Below, one piece after another: positions 1-8,617 of a stretch of 38,652 nt of DNA. The stretch is taken from sequence record DRR723986_6608; one strand, 5' to 3'. The notes under the pieces are model-generated. The model was not told where the DNA came from, did not search any database, and saw only the letters and a program-made list of their open reading frames with translations. Made by a program: the position numbers and the translations under genes. The stretch's first letter is position 1. Every line of letters starts with the position of its first letter.

Positions 1-1412
1 GTGCGCACGAAGCCGAGCTAGCGGCGGGTGTGTCGCCCGTTCACGATGGGGCTGGAGAGCAAGTGGGTTACAGTCTCATGCTTGCATCTCATACCTTGTC
101 GAATCTCGACAACGCCGGTGCGGTGAGCCACCTCGACCCATTAACCTCTTTGGAAGGACGGAAGGAATTCGAGCACCGCATTGATAACTTGGTGAATGAT
201 GCTGCCACCAGCTCCCGCACTCATGCATTGCTCTACATCGATATTGACCAGTTTAAGCTGATCAACGACACCAGTGGGCATGGCGCGGGTGACAACCTGA
301 TTAAGGTGGTTGGGGAGTGTATTCAAGATGAATTGTTTACCGGCGACCTACTTTACCGTTTAGGGGGCGATGAGTTTGGTGTGCTGTTGAGCAATGTTGA
401 CGCGTTCGAAGCACGCGCTATTGCCACGCGCTTGGTTAAGGCCGTTAAGCGCATCAATTTCAACTGGGGTAATATCAGCCACCGCGTATCGGTAAGTATT
501 GGCGTTGTCCTTATTGACCAGTATTCCCTGGAACGTCAGACCGTGATGAGTCAGGCCGATGTGGCGATGTACTCCGCTAAGGATAATGGCCGAGATCGCG
601 TTCACATATACGATGTACAAGATAAGAACCTTAGTCGCCTGCATGACGAGATGGATTGGGTGCATCGTATAAACGAAGCCCTGAGCAACGACGACTTTTG
701 TCTGGTGCGCGAGCACATCGTATCGCTGGGTGATGACACCTCAGCGCTAAGCTATAGTGAGTTGTTGCTTCGCATGAAGTACAAAGGCGAGTTGCTCAGC
801 CCGGGGCAATTCATGCCAGCGGCGGAGCGCTTTGGCCTTATGCCGCAGGTGGACCGATGGGTTGTCAATGCCGCCATTGCGTACCTTCGCGCGAACCCAC
901 AGTTAACGCCTGGCGAAAATATGTTTTCGGTTAATATCTCCGGGCAGTCACTGTGTCAGGAGGCCTTCCTTGAGTTTGTCTATAGAAAACTTCGCCGTGG
1001 TCATGTTGATCCGGGGCTGATTTGCTTCGAAATTACTGAAACGGTTGCGATCACCAATTACTCCGTAGTGACGCGCTTTATTGAGCGCGTGCATGAATTG
1101 GGAGGGCAGTTCGCACTCGATGACTTTGGTACGGGCATGTCGTCCTTCGGGTATCTGCAAGAGCTGCCGGTGGATTTTGTCAAAATAGATGGGCTCTTTG
1201 TCCACGATATGGACACCAACCCCGTGCACGAGGCCATGGTTCGATCGATCAATGACATCAGTCATGTGCTGGGTAAGCGCACAATCGCTGAGTTTGTCGA
1301 GCGAGAGTCAGTGCAAGACAAGCTGCGTGACTTAGGTGTCGATTTTAGTCAGGGGTATTTGCACGGTCGCCCTGCGCCGCTGTTAGATGGCAGGGCACAG
1401 GCGAACTCCTGA
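1..1412 (+). CDS. GGDEF-EAL diguanylate cyclase/phosphodiesterase (5'-truncated)
   Basis: Frame is open from position 3. Motifs DPLT, LYIDIDQFKLINDTSGH and RLGGDEF, then the EAL domain with YSELLLR, FEITE, ALDDFGTG, VKIDG, AEFVE and SQGY. Confidence 0.95.
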   Translation, partial: AHEAELAAGVSPVHDGAGEQVGYSLMLASHTLSNLDNAGAVSHLDPLTSLEGRKEFEHRIDNLVNDAATSSRTHALLYIDIDQFKLINDTSGHGAGDNLIKVVGECIQDELFTGDLLYRLGGDEFGVLLSNVDAFEARAIATRLVKAVKRINFNWGNISHRVSVSIGVVLIDQYSLERQTVMSQADVAMYSAKDNGRDRVHIYDVQDKNLSRLHDEMDWVHRINEALSNDDFCLVREHIVSLGDDTSALSYSELLLRMKYKGELLSPGQFMPAAERFGLMPQVDRWVVNAAIAYLRANPQLTPGENMFSVNISGQSLCQEAFLEFVYRKLRRGHVDPGLICFEITETVAITNYSVVTRFIERVHELGGQFALDDFGTGMSSFGYLQELPVDFVKIDGLFVHDMDTNPVHEAMVRSINDISHVLGKRTIAEFVERESVQDKLRDLGVDFSQGYLHGRPAPLLDGRAQANS

Positions 1413-1502
1413 TAAGCCTTGTTTGCCTGAAATTCCTGCCACAGTTTGCTCAAATGCCCGGATTTCTACTCCATTTCGGCTCTAGTTCACACTCTTTTGG
1501 CA

Positions 1503-1511
1503 TGCTATAAC
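1503..1511 (+). promoter_or_regulatory. putative extended -10 promoter element
   Basis: TG-c-TATAAC about 60 nt upstream of ATG 1572; pattern match only. Confidence 0.35.
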
Positions 1512-1571
1512 TGTGCGTTATTGTGCAGTAACCTGATTTCCGGGGCGCTGTGTCGACCAAAGAGTGTAGTT

Positions 1572-2882
1572 ATGCTGCTTTCCAAGCAATGCAAGTCATT
1601 GAGTAACAAGATTTTTCGTGCGCCGGGTGCCGAGTACCTCGCCACAAGTAAAGCGATTATTGATAGCGCTGAAGTTTCTCCCGAAGGGACGGGAATGGAA
1701 GCAGGCGATGTCGATGCGATATGGCAGAAAGCCGAGGCTTTACACCGCAGTGGTATGCACCCGATGGTTAGCATGACCCTTCGGCGCAACGGTAAGCTTT
1801 TGATTAATCGCAGTATTGGCTACGCGCGCGGCTTGGAAAGAGGCGAACCAGAGGTTGCCGAGCTGGATACCCCCGTGTGCTTATTTTCCGCCTCCAAGGT
1901 GGTAACGGCGGTACTGATCCACAAGCTTGCTGAAGATGGACTGATTGACCTCCTCAATCCGGTCAGCCACTACATTCCCGAATTTGCTCAGGGCGGGAAG
2001 GCGAATATCACCATTTACCAGCTATTGGCGCATCGCGCGGGCGTTCCGGGTGTGCCACCGGGCACGCCAACGGAGATTCTTTTTGATCCGCAGGCCGCGC
2101 TGGAGAAAATCTGCGCGGAACCGGCCTTATGTGAAGACGGCAGGGTCGTTGCCTACCATGCAATCACCGGTGGTTTCGTGCTCGCCGAGCTTATTCGGAT
2201 ATGCACGGGCAAAGACATTAATACCTATCTGGATGAAGTGATCCGCAAACCTATGGGCATGCGCTTTTTCCGTTACGGGCTAGAAGAAGCGGACCACCAC
2301 CACGTCGCTGAAAATTATATTAGTGGTATGGCGAATATCGGCCCGGTAGGTCGGCATTTAGAGAAGGTGCTGGGAACGGATGTCGATTCCGTTGTGCATT
2401 TGTCCAACACCGCAGACTTCTTAAACGCGCAAATCCCAGCGGGCAACCTGTACGCAACGGCTGAAGAAGCCAGTCGTTTTTTCCAAATGCTGGTGCAACA
2501 AGGGGAATGGCAGGGTAAGCAGGTGTTATCGCCGCTGACAGTCAACCGCCTTACACGGGAGGCGGCGCGCCCACAATTTGATCGCTCGCTGATTATTCCC
2601 ATGCGATATAGTGCTGGCGCTATGTTAGGTGGCCGTCACATTGGCGTGTACGGGCGTAATACACCCTACGCTTACGGGCACTTAGGATTTTCTAATATCC
2701 TTTGTTGGGCAGACCCCCAGCGGGATATCGCGGTGTCCATTCTCAATACCGGCAAGCCCGTTGTGGGCAATCATATACTGAGCTTGCTGGGCTTGGTGGA
2801 CGGAATCAGCACGCGTTGCGCGCCATGCAAGAACATGGAGATATTGAACAGTAAAATGCCGCGATTTTCGTTGAACACCTAG
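1572..2882 (+). CDS. beta-lactamase-fold serine hydrolase/esterase (family VIII/LipE-like)
   Basis: SxxK motif (FSASK), LLAHRAG, AYHA and YGHLGF. Start moved from TTG 1446 to ATG 1572; start uncertain. Confidence 0.85.
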   Translation: MLLSKQCKSLSNKIFRAPGAEYLATSKAIIDSAEVSPEGTGMEAGDVDAIWQKAEALHRSGMHPMVSMTLRRNGKLLINRSIGYARGLERGEPEVAELDTPVCLFSASKVVTAVLIHKLAEDGLIDLLNPVSHYIPEFAQGGKANITIYQLLAHRAGVPGVPPGTPTEILFDPQAALEKICAEPALCEDGRVVAYHAITGGFVLAELIRICTGKDINTYLDEVIRKPMGMRFFRYGLEEADHHHVAENYISGMANIGPVGRHLEKVLGTDVDSVVHLSNTADFLNAQIPAGNLYATAEEASRFFQMLVQQGEWQGKQVLSPLTVNRLTREAARPQFDRSLIIPMRYSAGAMLGGRHIGVYGRNTPYAYGHLGFSNILCWADPQRDIAVSILNTGKPVVGNHILSLLGLVDGISTRCAPCKNMEILNSKMPRFSLNT

Positions 2883-3025
2883 TCATTTTATTGTTCACCG
2901 ACTCTGTTATTATTGTATAACTAACTGGCACTAGTGAACTAAGCATCAGTGCTGATACTCGGTTCGCACACAAGCTGCTACGGTGATGTGTGATTGCCCT
3001 GGTACACGGCCAAAACAGGAAGACC

Positions 3026-4528
3026 ATGCCCTCTACAATTAAGAAGCTCGACAAGAAATTGCAGGAAGCCTCCAGCTTTGATGAGTGGAAGTCGCTGGCT
3101 CAGGAACACGATCGCAGCTCGGGTCGGGCTCACTGGAAGAAGATCGACAAGACTAGCTTGTACGATTACGCCTCGATTCGTTCTCGACTCGAGCGCCTCA
3201 GGTATTTTCGCGAGAACAACGACAATATTGGGCTGCTGTTCACTCTCAATGAAGGGATACACGGCAATATGGGTGGCATGGGTAAGCCTGTGCTGTACTC
3301 CCGTGCAAAATTTGGCACCAAGGAGCTGATTGGCGACTACGTCGATGCCATTGTCGATGCCCTGGATCACCTGAGTAATTTGGACTGTGATCAGCCCGGC
3401 TTTGTGGAGCGCTTGGACTTTTTCCGTCGCGCGAATAAGTGTTACGGAAAGTCGGCGTTGATGCTCAGTGGCGGGGCGATACTGGGCAATTTCCACGTTG
3501 GTGTGGTTAAGGCGCTGATCGAACAAGACCTTTTGCCCGACGTTATTTCCGGCGCCAGTGCCGGCTCGCTGATCGCTGCCGTGCTCGGCACAAAAACTGA
3601 CGAAGAGTTGGGGTATTTCCTCGATACCGATAACTTGTTGCAGGAATTGCGCTTAGAAATGGAGCTGGTCAACAACGACCTGTCCAGCACGACTCCCCGC
3701 ATCAATCACCGCATGCTAAAGGAGAAGATCGCCAAGCTGGTACCGGATATGACCTTTCAGGAGGCCTTTGAAAAAACCGGTCGCCACATTAACATTTCGG
3801 TCTCGCCGTCTGATGTTCACCAGACTTCTCGCCTACTCAATGCGGTTGCCTCGCCTAACGTCTATATTCGCAAAGCGGTTCTCGCATCGTGTGCAGTGCC
3901 CGGCGTATTTCCGCCAGTGATGTTGGAGGCGAAAAACGTCCACGGACACCCCCAGCCCTATTTGGCGACGCGTCGTTGGATCGATGGTTCCTTCAGTGAC
4001 GATTTGCCTGCTAAGCGTTTATCCCGCCTGTACGGCGTGAACCACTTTATTGTCAGCCAGACCAATCCCATTGTGCTGTGGATGTTGCACGATGCGAAGT
4101 CGGATCAGGCGGGTGTCGTTAAGTCACTGCGGCACTTCACAATGCGTAGCCTTAAAGAGTGGTACAAGGTTAGCAACGGCCTGATTCAAAAATACTTTAA
4201 GTCCTCACCAAAGGTGCGACGGCTGGCGAATATGGCCAATGCGGTCATCAGTCAAGAGTACACAGGGGACATTAATATTATCCCGCGCTACCGCTTTTTT
4301 GATCCGCGCAAGCTTCTCAATGAGCTGACAGAAGATCAATTGCGCTTCTTTATCAAAGAAGGGGAGCGAGCGACCTGGCCGAAAATTGAAATGATTCGTA
4401 CCAGTACCAAGATCAGCCGGAAGTTGGCAGATATTTTGGAGCGCTATGAAGATGAAGAGATGGTGCGACTGGGTAAGAATCATCAACACCACCTCGGCGC
4501 AGAGATGCCGCGAAGCCGTCGCGCCTAA
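3026..4528 (+). CDS. DUF3336 + patatin-like phospholipase/triacylglycerol lipase
   Basis: Gly-rich LSGGAILG, nucleophile GASAG, ASCAVPG, catalytic DGS and FIVSQTNP. N-terminal 'FDEWKSLAQEHD' region is DUF3336-like. AGGA RBS precedes ATG 3026. Confidence 0.9.
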   Translation: MPSTIKKLDKKLQEASSFDEWKSLAQEHDRSSGRAHWKKIDKTSLYDYASIRSRLERLRYFRENNDNIGLLFTLNEGIHGNMGGMGKPVLYSRAKFGTKELIGDYVDAIVDALDHLSNLDCDQPGFVERLDFFRRANKCYGKSALMLSGGAILGNFHVGVVKALIEQDLLPDVISGASAGSLIAAVLGTKTDEELGYFLDTDNLLQELRLEMELVNNDLSSTTPRINHRMLKEKIAKLVPDMTFQEAFEKTGRHINISVSPSDVHQTSRLLNAVASPNVYIRKAVLASCAVPGVFPPVMLEAKNVHGHPQPYLATRRWIDGSFSDDLPAKRLSRLYGVNHFIVSQTNPIVLWMLHDAKSDQAGVVKSLRHFTMRSLKEWYKVSNGLIQKYFKSSPKVRRLANMANAVISQEYTGDINIIPRYRFFDPRKLLNELTEDQLRFFIKEGERATWPKIEMIRTSTKISRKLADILERYEDEEMVRLGKNHQHHLGAEMPRSRRA

Positions 4529-4560
4529 GTAATTAATCTCCCGCTAAGCCCCGCTTGAGC

Positions 4561-4589
4561 TTGAACCGCAGCGGGGCTGCTCGTACTAT
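4561..4589 (+). promoter_or_regulatory. putative sigma70 promoter for the YeeE pair
   Basis: TTGAAC(4561)-N17-TACTAT(4584), flanked by the inverted repeat AGCCCCGCT/AGCGGGGCT. Confidence 0.5.
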
Positions 4590-4626
4590 TTGCTCTCCTC
4601 AGGCCTGCCTAACAACGGAGAGTAGT

Positions 4627-5067
4627 ATGGTCGAAGCTACAACCTTTACCCCCTATATATCAGCTTTTGGTGGCGCCTTAATTGGCTTGTCAGCCGTTTT
4701 GCTTATGTGGTCTGTGGGCCGTATTGCCGGGATATCCGGAATCGTTGCCGGGGCGGCCTTGGAACACGGTGAGGAGCGTAACTGGCGACTGCTGTTCCTG
4801 CTGGGGTTATTCATTGGCGCGGGCGCGACAGCGGCGCTAAGTGGGGCACTGGACGATATTCAGCCCCTGGTGTCGACGCCGGTGCTGGTTGCCGCAGGCG
4901 TACTCGTTGGTGTCGGTACGTCGATGGGCTCAGGCTGCACCTCTGGTCACGGCGTATGCGGTATCTCGCGTTTTTCCTGGCGCTCGATTGTCGCCACGTG
5001 CCTATTCATGTTGAGTGGCTTTGTTACGGTATTTGTGATGCGCCATGTACTGGGAGAAGGCCTGTGA
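4627..5067 (+). CDS. YeeE/YedE family sulfur-transport membrane protein
   Basis: GGALIG, GRIAGISG and GSGCTSGHGVCG motifs; four hydrophobic helices; GGAG RBS before ATG 4627. Confidence 0.92.
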   Translation: MVEATTFTPYISAFGGALIGLSAVLLMWSVGRIAGISGIVAGAALEHGEERNWRLLFLLGLFIGAGATAALSGALDDIQPLVSTPVLVAAGVLVGVGTSMGSGCTSGHGVCGISRFSWRSIVATCLFMLSGFVTVFVMRHVLGEGL

Positions 5068-5474
5068 AGAATATTGTCATAGTGTTGGCGGGGGCTTTGT
5101 TTGGTGCCGGTATTGCGATTTCCGGAATGGCCAATCCGGCCAAGGTACAGAATTTCCTCGACCTGTTTGGGGTGTGGGATCCGAGTTTGGCCTTTGTTAT
5201 GGGCGCAGCGCTTATTGTCGCAACACCTGCCTATTTTTTCGTTTTTAAAGCGGGTAAACCGAAATTTGCTGAGCGTTTTCACTTGCCCGAACGCAAGGAT
5301 ATTGACCGCAAGCTTGTGGCGGGAGCCGTGCTGTTTGGCATGGGGTGGGGCCTGAGTGGTCTTTGCCCCGCGCCGGCGCTGGTAGCGATACTCAGCGGTA
5401 TTGGTCACTTTGTTGTGTTCGCCCTGGCAATGCTTGCCGGCATGATCCTTCAGCGGCAGTTTATGTCGCGCTAG
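5064..5474 (+). CDS. YeeE/YedE family (DUF6691-like) partner membrane protein
   Basis: ISGMANPAKVQNFLD, WDPSLAFVM and GWGLSGLCPAPA. GTGA overlap with the upstream stop. Confidence 0.92.
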   Translation: MKNIVIVLAGALFGAGIAISGMANPAKVQNFLDLFGVWDPSLAFVMGAALIVATPAYFFVFKAGKPKFAERFHLPERKDIDRKLVAGAVLFGMGWGLSGLCPAPALVAILSGIGHFVVFALAMLAGMILQRQFMSR

Positions 5475-5551
5475 CGCCTGTGGAAAGTGCCGGATTGAGT
5501 GTAAACTGCAGGCTCTTAAAAAAATAAGCGCCTAGCGCGATGGGAGTGCTC

Positions 5552-6025
5552 ATGACGGTAAGTTTGCAATTTGAGCAGGATCTGGAAACGGTATGGAACC
5601 GACTTCAAGACCCTGATTTTCGTGTGGAACGCAGTTTAGCGCTGGGTGAACTCAGCGCCGATTGCGAAATTGAGGATCACGGTGACACGCTTACCGTGCA
5701 TATGACGCGTGAAGTGACGAGGGAGTTGCCGTCAGTACTGGCTAAGGTTTTTAACCCGAAGCAAACGCTCAAATTTGTCGAAGAGTGGCAGGCCGATGGT
5801 GACGGATGGTCCGGTACTATTCAGATTACCGTAGACGGCCAGCCGGTGGTGCTGTCTGCAGAAATGTCGCTTCAGCCAAAAGGCAGTGGTTGTGAATACC
5901 GCGTCAGCCATCGCTGCAAGGCAAAGATCCCCCTGGTTGGCGGCAAAGTTGAGAAATTCGTCTTGTCCCAGACCGATAGCGGTGCGGTGGATGAGTTGAA
6001 CTACCTCAAGTCAGATCTTGGCTGA
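5552..6025 (+). CDS. DUF2505 family (START/SRPBCC-like) protein
   Basis: C-terminal 'KIPLVGGKVEKFV' and 'ELPSVLAKVF' are typical of DUF2505; GGAG RBS before ATG 5552. Confidence 0.75.
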   Translation: MTVSLQFEQDLETVWNRLQDPDFRVERSLALGELSADCEIEDHGDTLTVHMTREVTRELPSVLAKVFNPKQTLKFVEEWQADGDGWSGTIQITVDGQPVVLSAEMSLQPKGSGCEYRVSHRCKAKIPLVGGKVEKFVLSQTDSGAVDELNYLKSDLG

Positions 6026-6032
6026 GGCCTTC

Positions 6033-6989
6033 TCAGGCTGCTTGCTGGTGATCCAGTAACGCAGCCTGCAGATCCTGCGGCGCGCGCAGGCGTTTAATCT
6101 CTTCGAATAGCCCTGCGGCCTCTGGGTAGTGGCGGCGCAAATATCCCAGCCACTGCTTCACGGGCCCGCCAACATGGCGCGGCGCACAGTTGATCAGGCT
6201 GTCCTGAAACAGCTCGCGCACCATTGGAAATATCTGCTGCCAGTCTTTGTCTTGGTAGCCATCGCCAGCCTGCGCGGCTTTAATCGACAGGGCGAGGTCT
6301 GGGCGCGACAGAATTCCTCTACCCAGCATAATATCGTTGCAGCCACTGTCTTTTAGGCATTTCTCGGCATCTGTAGGGCTCCATATTTCACCGTTCGCGA
6401 CAATGGGGATTGCGAAACGCTCGCCTGCCGGGGCGATTTCATACCAGTGGGCGGGCGGCGTGTAGCCGTCGTCGCGCGTGCGAGCGTGCACTGTCAGCTG
6501 CTGGGCACCGCCGTCCACAATGGCGGCGACGACATCCAAAAAGCGGCTGCGGTCGCGGTAACCCAGGCGGATTTTTACGGTCAAAGGACAGTGCTTGGGG
6601 AGAGCCGCTCGGATTTCACCCACGATGTTGTGGATCAGCTCGGGCTCGTCCAGCAGCACAGAACCGCCTCGATGGCGATTGACGCATTTAGCTGGACAGC
6701 CGAAGTTTAGATCGACGCCCAGTGCGCCCAGCTCCGCCGCGCGCGCGGCGTTGTCGGCCATCGGTAACGGCTCGCTGCCCAGCAGTTGAACGTAAACCGG
6801 AACGCCACTGGGGGTTTTGCCGTCGTGTTGCAGTTCAGGGCAGAGGCGATGGAACACCCTTGGCGGCAGCAGTTGGTTGGTGACGCGAACAAATTCGGTA
6901 ATACAGCGGTCGATGCCGCCTGCGCTGGTCAGCAGTGCGCGCATGCGTGCGTTGACGACACCCTCCATCGGGGCAAGATGAATTTGCAT
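6033..6989 (-). CDS. dusC: tRNA-dihydrouridine synthase C
   Basis: LAPMEG, TEFVRV, VQLLG, DLNFGCP, TVKIRLG, VHART, IVANGEI and KQWL. Confidence 0.92.
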   Translation of the reverse strand: MQIHLAPMEGVVNARMRALLTSAGGIDRCITEFVRVTNQLLPPRVFHRLCPELQHDGKTPSGVPVYVQLLGSEPLPMADNAARAAELGALGVDLNFGCPAKCVNRHRGGSVLLDEPELIHNIVGEIRAALPKHCPLTVKIRLGYRDRSRFLDVVAAIVDGGAQQLTVHARTRDDGYTPPAHWYEIAPAGERFAIPIVANGEIWSPTDAEKCLKDSGCNDIMLGRGILSRPDLALSIKAAQAGDGYQDKDWQQIFPMVRELFQDSLINCAPRHVGGPVKQWLGYLRRHYPEAAGLFEEIKRLRAPQDLQAALLDHQQAA

Positions 6990-7074
6990 GGCGTGGATGC
7001 TCTGAGAAACGTAAAATAGGTAATCAATGTCGGCGCATTATAGCGAGCTTGCCGGCATCTTTGGGGAATTTACC

Positions 7075-7887
7075 ATGGCAGTGACTAAACGTTCCGGCAT
7101 ATTGTCGATATTGCTACTGGCCGTTATAGCCGGCGTAGTGCTGGCTGTGGTTCAGGCCTACTCGATAGCGCCGGATGCTGAGGCGCTGGCCGAAGAGTCA
7201 GAAATCTTTAACGCCGACGACGCGCAGTGGTTTGGTGAGGAGCCCGAGACCCGCAGAGTCGTCGTGGGTTTGGCCGTGCAACAAATGCAGGGGGGCGAGC
7301 AGGCCCTGGTTGCGGTTGACGGGCAGGAGCGCTTTGTGCGGTCGGGTGATACCTTGGCGGCGCCCTGTTTGCGCGTTGCAGAAATTCTGGACGCGAGCCT
7401 CTTGCTGGACAGTTGTGGGGCGTACCAATTGTTGCCCATTGGCGGCAGTGGCTTCCACTATAAGCCGCTGGCGACTGGCAGGCCCCAGCCAGCAGCGAGG
7501 GTGGAGACCGTTGATCTGCGTGGCAACAATGCTGTCACCACATTGGTTGCTGAATACCTTGAGCGCTTGTATACCTCGCCACTGTCGCTGCGCGGGGCGG
7601 TGAAAGTAGAGCGTAAGAAGTCGGACTCCGGTGAGCGGGAGTACTACCTTTACCCGGGCAAAGATGAACGCCTTTTTTCCCAGCTGCCGCTTCGTAGTGG
7701 TGATCGCTTGCACGCCGTCAATGGCATTGCGCTGAGTGATAGCGAGGCGTTGAGCGACTTGTATGAGCGTCTCGACGAGGTGGAGGCGATCACCATTACC
7801 CTGGCGCAGAAGCAACAGAGCACTAAGATAGTATTGGTGTCCTTGCCGGCGACTGTTCAGGCAATGATTCGTCTCGCAGCCGAGTAG
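7075..7887 (+). CDS. GspC-like membrane-anchored PDZ protein (paralog of downstream GspC)
   Basis: N-terminal TM helix and a beta-rich HR-like middle region. C-terminal 'TSPLSL...YLYPGKDERLFSQLPLRSGDRLHAVNG' aligns by eye with GspC 'NSPLRL...YEMKPGRDPRLFKLLDLKPGDVVLSVNG'. Confidence 0.75.
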   Translation: MAVTKRSGILSILLLAVIAGVVLAVVQAYSIAPDAEALAEESEIFNADDAQWFGEEPETRRVVVGLAVQQMQGGEQALVAVDGQERFVRSGDTLAAPCLRVAEILDASLLLDSCGAYQLLPIGGSGFHYKPLATGRPQPAARVETVDLRGNNAVTTLVAEYLERLYTSPLSLRGAVKVERKKSDSGEREYYLYPGKDERLFSQLPLRSGDRLHAVNGIALSDSEALSDLYERLDEVEAITITLAQKQQSTKIVLVSLPATVQAMIRLAAE

Positions 7888-8024
7888 TTGCTTCGCAGAA
7901 TTCAGTGCGCATTTTCTTGCGAAATGATTGACTTTCCTTAATATTTTGTCGGCCTCTCGGGTAGTATACTGAGCCAAACGATAGCGGCGACTCAGCTGCC
8001 CCGCAGCACTGTACGGAGAGAACG

Positions 8025-8198
8025 ATGAGCGACTATAAAAAATGGGAATGTGTTATCTGTGGCTTCATTTATGATGAGGCAGAGGGTATTCCCGATGACG
8101 GTATTCCCGCTGGCACACGCTGGGACGATGTTCCCGAGGACTGGGAGTGCCCCGATTGTGGTATCAGTAAGTTCGACTTCGATATGGTTGAGGCTTAG
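8025..8198 (+). CDS. rubredoxin (57 aa; not in ORF track)
   Basis: Manual translation [57 protein letters not shown]; two CxxCG motifs; GGAG RBS. Confidence 0.96.
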   Translation: MSDYKKWECVICGFIYDEAEGIPDDGIPAGTRWDDVPEDWECPDCGISKFDFDMVEA

Positions 8199-8216
8199 CC
8201 ACCTGCATCACCGACA

Positions 8217-8250
8217 CTGCACTCTGCCGCTGATTTTCAGCAGAGTGCAG
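8217..8250 (+). terminator. stem-loop after the rubredoxin gene
   Basis: Perfect 11-bp inverted repeat CTGCACTCTGC/GCAGAGTGCAG; no clear U-tract. Confidence 0.4.
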
Positions 8251-8358
8251 CACCCCTCAAAAATTACCTTCCACTGTGCGCCTCGCACATTGCCTCTGTT
8301 ACACTAGGCCGGATTTGGCGCAAAAGCGTCGTTCAACTGTCCAAGACCAGAGGTAACT

Positions 8359-8526
8359 ATGCAAATGATAAAAAAAGCCTTGTTATTATCTTCACTGTTG
8401 TTGGCGGCCGCCTGTGCTCCTGAAGTGGGTTCCGAGGCATGGTGCGCGGCGATGAAGGAAAAGCCCAAAGGTGATTGGAGCGTCAACGAAGCAAGCGACT
8501 ACACCAAACACTGCGTATTTAAATAG
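8359..8526 (+). CDS. small lipoprotein, DUF3012-like (55 aa; not in ORF track)
   Basis: MQMIKKALLLSSLLLAAACAPEVGSEAWCAAMKEKPKGDWSVNEASDYTKHCVFK; lipobox AAAC; GAGG RBS; CAPEVGSEAWC and KPKGDW pattern recalled for DUF3012. Confidence 0.88.
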   Translation: MQMIKKALLLSSLLLAAACAPEVGSEAWCAAMKEKPKGDWSVNEASDYTKHCVFK

Positions 8527-8540
8527 TGATAAGCCTGTCC

Positions 8541-8564
8541 GGCCGGGTAGCTTTGCCCGGTTTT
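8541..8564 (+). terminator. Rho-independent terminator
   Basis: GC-rich hairpin CCGGGTA/TGCCCGG followed by TTTT, just after the lipoprotein stop. Confidence 0.6.
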
Positions 8565-8588
8565 GATGACGGTTTGATGAAAAGGGCA

Positions 8589-8617
8589 TTGCAAGCCTGG
8601 CTGACTCCGGCTAAAAC
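8589..8617 (+). promoter_or_regulatory. putative sigma70 promoter of the gsp operon
   Basis: TTGCAA-N17-TAAAAC; imperfect -10 element. Confidence 0.3.

Noticed and set aside
1572..2882. Beta-lactam resistance gene
   Set aside because: SxxK fold only; it lacks the class A/C KTG motif and a clear signal peptide, so an esterase is the better call.
7198..7977. 259-aa antisense ORF over the GspC-like gene
   Set aside because: The plus-strand product has recognisable GspC/PDZ similarity; the antisense product has none.
8050..8307. 85-aa plus-strand ORF from the track
   Set aside because: Off-frame overlap of the true rubredoxin gene (8025-8198).
8304..8589. Two short minus-strand ORFs (60 and 65 aa)
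   Set aside because: Antisense to the DUF3012-like lipoprotein, which has an RBS, lipobox and terminator.
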